Made by a program: the position numbers and the translations under genes
The notes under the pieces: generated by a model
The model's database searches: none
The model's input: only the letters and a program-made list of their open reading frames with translations
What the model was told of the DNA's origin: nothing
Shown here: positions 15,242 to 20,000 of the stretch, in pieces
How the letters are laid out: every line of letters begins with the position of its first letter
How positions within the stretch are numbered: position 1 is the stretch's first letter
Virus record (IMG/VR): IMGVR_UViG_3300036865_000084
Reading direction: 5' to 3' (one strand)
Source of the DNA: an uncultured virus (IMG/VR IMGVR_UViG_3300036865_000084)
Taxonomy: Duplodnaviria > Heunggongvirae > Uroviricota > Caudoviricetes
DNA length: 20,000 nucleotides

Positions 15242-15915
15242 CGGACTGGCGCATCATCCAGCGTGGTGCGGCGCCGGGCCCCCTGGTGCTCGTCTACCAC
15301 TTGAACGAGCGCGCGAACGATGCGCTCCGGCTAGCTGCACCAACTGCGACGATCGCGAACGACACCGTTCACGGCTCGATGTACCAAGACGCCGAGACCA
15401 TCGACAAGAGCATCGCAGAGATCGGCGGAGGCCCCTACGCGCCGGTGGTGCTTGCGGGCTTCAGCGCCGGCGGTCTCGCGACGAGACGTGTCCTTGAGCA
15501 AGGCTCAGATCCAGATGCGCTCGTGATCGCCGACGGCACCTATGCGATGAGCGAGTCGCAGATGGCGGCGTGGAAGGCGTACGCCGCCAAGGCTCGCGCC
15601 GGCCAGCGCGTAATGCTCGCGTCGCACTCGGCGTACTCGGCACCCAACAACACATGGCACGTGCTTCAGGAGATCGCGGGGGTGCCGCTGCCGCTCAACG
15701 GGGAGAACCGATTCCAAGACGGAAACCTCATCATCTTGTCGTCGCCGACGGCGCATAACTACCACGGAGAGGTGCTGCTCCCGCGGATGGTTGGGGAAGC
15801 GCTCACAATGCTCGGGGCGCAGAAGCCAGCGCCCGAGAAGAAGCCCGCGCCGTGGGTCGCAGCGCTCGGCATCCTTGCGGCGGCGGGGGCGGCTGCGATA
15901 ATCATCAGGCGATGA
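15238..15915 (+). CDS. Alpha/beta-hydrolase fold protein with C-terminal membrane anchor
   Basis: ATG 15238 (ATGA overlap); VVLAGFSAGG nucleophile elbow; ends KPAPEKKPAP-WVAALGILAAAGAAAIII-RR. Confidence 0.75.
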   Translation: MTDWRIIQRGAAPGPLVLVYHLNERANDALRLAAPTATIANDTVHGSMYQDAETIDKSIAEIGGGPYAPVVLAGFSAGGLATRRVLEQGSDPDALVIADGTYAMSESQMAAWKAYAAKARAGQRVMLASHSAYSAPNNTWHVLQEIAGVPLPLNGENRFQDGNLIILSSPTAHNYHGEVLLPRMVGEALTMLGAQKPAPEKKPAPWVAALGILAAAGAAAIIIRR

Positions 15916-16067
15916 TCGAGCAACCCCGCATCGCCCGCGAGCTTGCTCGCCGCTTGCGCGAACGGCCCTCTGACGCGTCGGTGCGGGAAGACGCGGCGCT
16001 CGCGCTCGAGAGCTTGGCGGACCTCTACGAGAGGACGTTTCGGATGCTCGAGAGGCTCAAGAAGTGA
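15912..16067 (+). CDS. Small hypothetical helical protein (51 aa)
   Basis: ATGA overlap upstream and GTGA overlap downstream; MIEQPRIARELARRL... Confidence 0.6.
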   Translation: MIEQPRIARELARRLRERPSDASVREDAALALESLADLYERTFRMLERLKK

Positions 16068-16429
16068 AGCTCACCGATCCGTGGTTCGAGGCACACTTCA
16101 TCGCCGGCACGACCGCGCGCGGGCATCACGGCATCGACACGCTCGACGGCGCCGACGGCCTTCAGCTCTGGTGCCCGTGCGGCTACGGCAAGCCTGAGTA
16201 CCCGCTCGATGGCGCGCGCCCGCACGCTATCCTCGTGAGCTTCACGAACCCGCGCGGATGCGCGCCCGCGCCGCCGGAAGCCGGATCGCAGTCGCGCGAC
16301 GGCGGCCCGTCGCGCTGGGAGATCGTCGGCGGGGCCGGCCTTGACGACCTCACGCTCAAGCCGTCGATCGACGTAGGTACGCCGTCGTGCTGGCACGGCC
16401 ACATCACGAACGGCGAAGTGACGCCGTGA
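16064..16429 (+). CDS. DUF6527-like Cys/His protein
   Basis: LWCPCG...RW...G..LDDLTLKPSI....CWHGHITNGEV. Confidence 0.65.
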   Translation: MKLTDPWFEAHFIAGTTARGHHGIDTLDGADGLQLWCPCGYGKPEYPLDGARPHAILVSFTNPRGCAPAPPEAGSQSRDGGPSRWEIVGGAGLDDLTLKPSIDVGTPSCWHGHITNGEVTP

Positions 16430-17304
16430 GTATTTGCCTCTCCATGATCGTGAAGAACGAGGCTCACGTCCTCGGCCGCTGCCTCATGTCAGTCCGGCCC
16501 TATATTTCACGATTTTGCATCGTCGACACGGGCTCCACTGACGACACCCAACGCGTCATCCGGATGACGCTCGAGGACATCCCGGGCGAGATCCACGAGC
16601 GCGAGTTCAGGGACTTCTCGACGAATCGAAATGAGGCGCTCGCCCTCGCCGGAAAAAGCGGCTACGCGCTCGTCATGGACGCCGACGACGTCCTCGAAGT
16701 TCATCCCCCTGTCGCGCGTCTCACCGCCCCCGGCTATGCGGTCAGGGTCGACGACGATCCCCTCACCTACTACCGGACGATCCTCTTCAAGCTCGACGCC
16801 GGCTACGAGTACCGCGGCGTCGTGCACGAGAGTCTCTTCGGCCCCGTGCCCTCGAAGCTCGAGAGCGTCGTCTACAAGCGCATCGGCGGCGGCGCACGGA
16901 GCCTCGCTGGGCTCCAGAAGAAAGCCGCGCGTGACGCCGCCCTCCTCGAAGCCGTCACCGACCCCACGCCGCGCGACGTCTTCTACCTCGCGCTGAGCTA
17001 CCGCGACGCCGGTGAGCTCGAGAAGGCTCGCGAAGCGTACGCACGCCGGGTCTTCTTGGACGGCTTCGAAGAGGAGCGCTTCATCGCGGCGCTCGAGTTC
17101 GCGAAGCTCGAGGCGCGACTCGGCTCCGATCGAGACCTCGTCGTCGCGGCGTACATGCGAGCGCACGCGATGCGGCCGACGCGCGCAGAGCCTTTGCGCT
17201 ACCTCGCGCGCTATCTGGAATCCCTCGCCGACGGCATCAAAAAGCCGGATGACACTTTATTCATAGAGGAAGCAGCGTACACTCGAGCAGATGACCCGGC
17301 TTAG
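16426..17304 (+). CDS. GT2 glycosyltransferase with C-terminal TPR
   Basis: GTG 16426; ICLSMIVKNE, IVDTGSTDDT, DFSTNRNEAL, VMDADD, YRGVVHE, then FYLALSYRDAGELEKA TPR-like helices. Confidence 0.9.
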   Translation: MSICLSMIVKNEAHVLGRCLMSVRPYISRFCIVDTGSTDDTQRVIRMTLEDIPGEIHEREFRDFSTNRNEALALAGKSGYALVMDADDVLEVHPPVARLTAPGYAVRVDDDPLTYYRTILFKLDAGYEYRGVVHESLFGPVPSKLESVVYKRIGGGARSLAGLQKKAARDAALLEAVTDPTPRDVFYLALSYRDAGELEKAREAYARRVFLDGFEEERFIAALEFAKLEARLGSDRDLVVAAYMRAHAMRPTRAEPLRYLARYLESLADGIKKPDDTLFIEEAAYTRADDPA

Positions 17305-17671
17305 CCGTCTGGAGGCGCTTGTCGCGCGAGCAGGAAGCCGCGCGGCCGCCGTCGGACCGCTCGGTGAAGAGGTTGTGGGAGTTCTCCGCTTCAACGCCTC
17401 GACGCCGTCCCCGAGTCTCCTCTACGCCTTGCCCGTCGGCGTCGTCATCGATCGCATCTCGATCCGCATCACCACACCGTTCAATTCCGGTGTGCGCGTC
17501 GCCATAGGACTCGCCGCGCTGCCGCTGCTCGATGTCGATGCGACGCTCACGGGTCAGTACGAGAACCGCTTCCTCGACGAGGTGGTCGCGCCCGATCAAC
17601 TTCTCTTGACGTTCACCGGGATCGCGACGGTCGGTGCCGGCGTCGCGCTCTTCAAGATCGCCGCCGCCTAG
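17291..17671 (+). CDS. Putative virion structural protein (small beta-sandwich)
   Basis: LPVGVVIDRISIRITTPFNSG.RVAIG resembles the C-terminal domain of the next gene; TACACT 7 nt before the ATG. Confidence 0.6.
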   Translation: MTRLSRLEALVARAGSRAAAVGPLGEEVVGVLRFNASTPSPSLLYALPVGVVIDRISIRITTPFNSGVRVAIGLAALPLLDVDATLTGQYENRFLDEVVAPDQLLLTFTGIATVGAGVALFKIAAA

Positions 17672-17682
17672 GAGAAAAAAAC

Positions 17683-18498
17683 ATGTCTCTCTGGAGCAAA
17701 ATCCGCGGCACCCTGGAGGCGCTCTTTCAGATCGGCGGTCCGACCGGACCGCAGCTCAAGAACAACGCCGGCGCGGTGGAGGCCAGAAATAGCGCCGACA
17801 CCGCCTACGCCGTCATGCGTGGCGGCGCGCCTGTCGGGGACAACGATCTCGCGACCAAGACCTACGTCGACACGCTCGCGTTTCGCACGGTCGTGAGCGC
17901 GCAGTTCAACGGCAACAACGCCTTACCCTCGAACAGCTCCACCGAGCAGTTCTACGTCGTCACGACGACGGGCCCGAACGCAACCATCGGGCAGCTCCTC
18001 TGGGACGACGGCTCGAACGCCGGCACGGTCACGGTGCTCGCCGCGGCGTCGCGCGCGATCATCACCAACGCGGCTTTTAGCGGCGGCACGATCACGCTGG
18101 CAGCGACGAGCGAGTACTACTGGACTGGGGCCGCGTGGGCGCTCATCGGGCCGCAAACAGCGACATCGGGCGTCGTTCGCACGATTCGGTTCGCGATCAC
18201 GAACGCTGCCTCGCAGTCGTCGGCGTCGCAGATCCCCGCCAACGCGTTCGTGCGCGAAGCGTGGCTCGAGGTGACAACGCCGTACAGCGCGGGCGGCACG
18301 ATCGCCATCGGTCAGACCGGCACGGCTTCGCTCCTGATGGCCACCGGCGACAACGTGCCGCAGACCGCGGGCACCTATCAGCTCATGCAGGACACTGCGT
18401 GGGGCGCGTCGGCGCTGGCGGTTTTGGTCACGGTTGGAGGAAGCCCCGCGGCCGGTGCGGGCGTCGTCCTCGTGAGCTACGTCGTCCCCGATGCCTAA
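17683..18498 (+). CDS. Putative virion structural/fibre protein
   Basis: GGAG SD; PVGDNDLATKTYVD (fibre-type 'ATKxYVD' motif); C-terminal IPANAFVREAWLEVTTPYSAGGTIAIG beta-sandwich. Confidence 0.7.
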   Translation: MSLWSKIRGTLEALFQIGGPTGPQLKNNAGAVEARNSADTAYAVMRGGAPVGDNDLATKTYVDTLAFRTVVSAQFNGNNALPSNSSTEQFYVVTTTGPNATIGQLLWDDGSNAGTVTVLAAASRAIITNAAFSGGTITLAATSEYYWTGAAWALIGPQTATSGVVRTIRFAITNAASQSSASQIPANAFVREAWLEVTTPYSAGGTIAIGQTGTASLLMATGDNVPQTAGTYQLMQDTAWGASALAVLVTVGGSPAAGAGVVLVSYVVPDA

Positions 18499-18946
18499 AC
18501 TGAATCAGCTTCGGTCGCTCGTCGCGCTCACGTTGGCGTCGAACTTCACGACGACCAACGCGACCGCGACGTCGACCAACCTGACGTTCAACATCGCCGC
18601 GAACGAGGTCTGGATCGTCGACGTGCAGATGACCGTGCAATGCTCGTCGACCGGTGGCGTGAAGGTCGCCGTCGCCGCGCCGACGGGGGCCACGATCGAA
18701 GGCTGGTACGACTCGAGTCTCGGCGCGATCACGACGCTCTCGTATCAGCGGCTCACCGCGATCAACACGCTCACTTCGACAGCGACGCACATCGTCGCGA
18801 CGACGCCCGGCGGTGACAAGATGCGGTTCACGATCACCGCGGGGTCGACCGCCGGCGCCGTCACGATCCAGCTCGCGTCGGGGACGAGCGGACAGACGAC
18901 GACGGTGTTCTCGGGGGCTTCGCTTGTGGCGCGACGCGCCGCCTAG
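18491..18946 (+). CDS. Putative minor structural / fibre-tip beta-sandwich protein
   Basis: Thr/Ala-rich; TNLTFNIAANEVWIVD...AGAVTIQLAS.......TTVFSGASL pattern seen in phage minor tail proteins. Confidence 0.6.
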   Translation: MPKLNQLRSLVALTLASNFTTTNATATSTNLTFNIAANEVWIVDVQMTVQCSSTGGVKVAVAAPTGATIEGWYDSSLGAITTLSYQRLTAINTLTSTATHIVATTPGGDKMRFTITAGSTAGAVTIQLASGTSGQTTTVFSGASLVARRAA

Positions 18947-19100
18947 CGGGGTTCATCCAGTGGCGGTTCCGCCTCCACCACCTGATGTTGCCGGCGTGGT
19001 TGCGGCACCCGTCGGAGCAGAAGACGACGCGGGTGGGGCGTTTCGCACGACGTCGACGAGCCGCAAGCGGCTTCCAGCAACAGAGGCAGTGGTTGAGCAT
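18861..19100 (-). CDS. Possible small zinc-finger protein
   Basis: ATG 19100 with GAGGAG SD; MLNHCLCCWKPL...VFCSDGCRNH; overlaps both neighbouring genes. Confidence 0.45.
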   Translation of the reverse strand: MLNHCLCCWKPLAARRRRAKRPTRVVFCSDGCRNHAGNIRWWRRNRHWMNPARRRVAPQAKPPRTPSSSVRSSPTRAGS

Positions 19101-19426
19101 CGTCGTCTCCTCAGTTTGTCGCGGCAGCTCCGCGAGCACGTCTTGGTGTCGGCGCGAGACGCCGTGAAGAGCGCGCCGCAGGTGGCGCAGAGCTTTCTTC
19201 TCGCAGCGGCTCTGGCTTTCAGCCGCTTCTTCGAGAGCGCCTGGCGCTTGCACTTCATCGAGCAGTAGCGGCGGCCGCGGAAGTGAAGCTTCTCGCAGGT
19301 CTCGCAAGGCTTCGCGATGCGCGGCTGGCGCGCGCGGTAGCGTTTTCCGGCGGCGCGCAGCTGGAGGCGGCGGATGTAGCGGTTGAATACGGCGGGGTCT
19401 TCGAGAGAAGCGACGTCTACCGTCAT
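18953..19426 (-). CDS. Basic protein with two CxxC...CSxxC zinc-finger motifs (putative DNA-binding)
   Basis: CETC...YCSMKC and CATCG..F....TCSRSC; ATGA overlap with the upstream gene; the low-complexity C-terminal tail may be spurious. Confidence 0.7.
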   Translation of the reverse strand: MTVDVASLEDPAVFNRYIRRLQLRAAGKRYRARQPRIAKPCETCEKLHFRGRRYCSMKCKRQALSKKRLKARAAARRKLCATCGALFTASRADTKTCSRSCRDKLRRRRCSTTASVAGSRLRLVDVVRNAPPASSSAPTGAATTPATSGGGGGTATG

Positions 19427-19614
19427 CGCCCAGTGACCCTCATCGCTTCCACGGCCGCCCGCCGCATTTTTTCGATTGCCAACTTCTCGAACCTCGGCAG
19501 CCGCATCATCGCGACGTCGTCGACATGCCAGCCGAGCTGCCGAAGCGCAGACACTTGAAACGCGGAACCGTCTGGGCAGACGAGCAAGCTGCGACTCGAA
19601 TCGAACAGAAACAT
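19423..19614 (-). CDS. Hypothetical protein (63 aa)
   Basis: ATG 19614 (MFLFDSSRSLLVCPDG...), coupled to the downstream gene by ATGA. Confidence 0.55.
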   Translation of the reverse strand: MFLFDSSRSLLVCPDGSAFQVSALRQLGWHVDDVAMMRLPRFEKLAIEKMRRAAVEAMRVTGR

Positions 19615-19680
19615 TGTTCTACAACGTCTAACACACTCCCTTGACTCCGTCACCCTCCTCTGGCACTTCTAGGGACGCCG

Positions 19681-19793
19681 ACGGGGTCGCAACCGCTCGC
19701 CCGACTCGTCTCCTCCGAAGCTCCTGACCCCCTCCGGCGCCCGGGCTAGAAGCCGGGCGAGCGATTGCGACCTCGTGGGCAAAGGGGTCAGGA
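19681..19793. repeat. Interleaved inverted repeats upstream of Prim-Pol
   Basis: 19681-19706 pairs with 19751-19776 (26 bp, 3 non-Watson-Crick positions); 19722-19731 TCCTGACCCC pairs perfectly with 19784-19793 GGGGTCAGGA. Confidence 0.8.
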
Positions 19794-20000
19794 TGCGTCT
19801 CGAGATCGAGAGCCTTTCAGGCTCTACGCTGGACCACGCTCTTTCGTTGGCGTCGTTCGGCTTCAAGCCGGTGTTTGTTCATGTACCGCTCGAAGGCGGC
19901 GGGTGCTCTTGCAATCGAAAGAGCTGCGGCAGCCCCGGCAAGCACCCGATCCTGAATCGTTGGCAAGCCATCGCCACGAGCGACCCGATCGCGCTTCGGG
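19793..20000 (+). CDS. Bifunctional DNA primase/polymerase (Prim-Pol) N-terminus, truncated by the window end
   Basis: MRLEIESLSGSTLDHALSLASFGFKPVFVHVPLEGGGCSCNRKSCGSPGKHPILNRWQAIATSDPIALR...; AL.LA..G..., CSC...C.SPGKHP....W...AT.D is the Prim-Pol signature. Not in the ORF track because there is no stop. Confidence 0.88.
   Translation, partial: MRLEIESLSGSTLDHALSLASFGFKPVFVHVPLEGGGCSCNRKSCGSPGKHPILNRWQAIATSDPIALR

Larger units (their letters stand above)
1..20000. mobile_element. Bacteriophage/prophage-like region (part of a larger element), probable myxobacterial host
   Basis: Short hypothetical genes tightly packed with many ATGA/GTGA overlaps; multiple lysins; fibre-like proteins; Prim-Pol N-terminus; SAM-lyase-like gene; no housekeeping genes. 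No capsid, terminase or integrase in the window, so the element type and boundaries are unresolved. Confidence 0.8.

Noticed and set aside
19641..19670. TTGACT as the -35 of a sigma70 promoter for Prim-Pol
   Set aside because: The sequence at 17-18 bp spacing (CACTTC/ACTTCT) is a poor -10 match, too weak to call.
19615..19792. tRNA (including tRNA-Sec) or a known riboswitch in the only sizeable intergenic region
   Set aside because: No cloverleaf, T-loop GTTCRA or recognisable aptamer consensus; reported only as inverted repeats and a possible pseudoknot.
1..20000. Genome-wide TGA reassignment (genetic code 4 or 25) as the explanation for the in-frame TGA at 3715
   Set aside because: TGA clearly terminates many genes here, in ATGA/GTGA overlaps at 479-482, 1929-1932, 2884-2887, 5509-5512, 7467-7470, 15238-15241 and 16426-16429, and Trp is encoded by TGG.

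Overview
This is a densely coded, high-GC window (about two-thirds GC by eye) that reads as part of a bacteriophage or prophage genome. The host is most plausibly a myxobacterium (Myxococcota/Polyangiaceae-like), inferred from a Cys-rich DSG/DAS-linker lipoprotein and a stand-alone receiver domain. It carries four predicted peptidoglycan hydrolases (GH25, two lysozyme/transglycosylase-like, M15 peptidase), several fibre/spike-like genes, a glycosylation/methylation cluster, a SAM-lyase-like gene and the 5' end of a bifunctional primase-polymerase. No capsid, terminase, integrase, tRNA, rRNA or CRISPR is visible. Two genes absent from the ORF track stand out. (1) 3685..3897 (+) is a 70-aa SelW/Rdx-like selenoprotein with CxxU encoded by an in-frame TGA, followed by a canonical-looking bacterial SECIS hairpin. 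(2) 5790..5960 (-) is a 56-aa lasso-peptide-type RiPP precursor (YxxPxLxxxGxxxxxT leader, Gly1/Asp8 core) with no maturation enzymes in the window, translationally coupled to a holin-like gene and the GH25 endolysin. Also seen: a recurring TAnnnT-N6/7-start leaderless promoter pattern (nine cases, including a palindromic bidirectional site), a new domain shared by two proteins, and a possible pseudoknot over the primase-polymerase start. All family calls are by motif recognition only; no searches were run.
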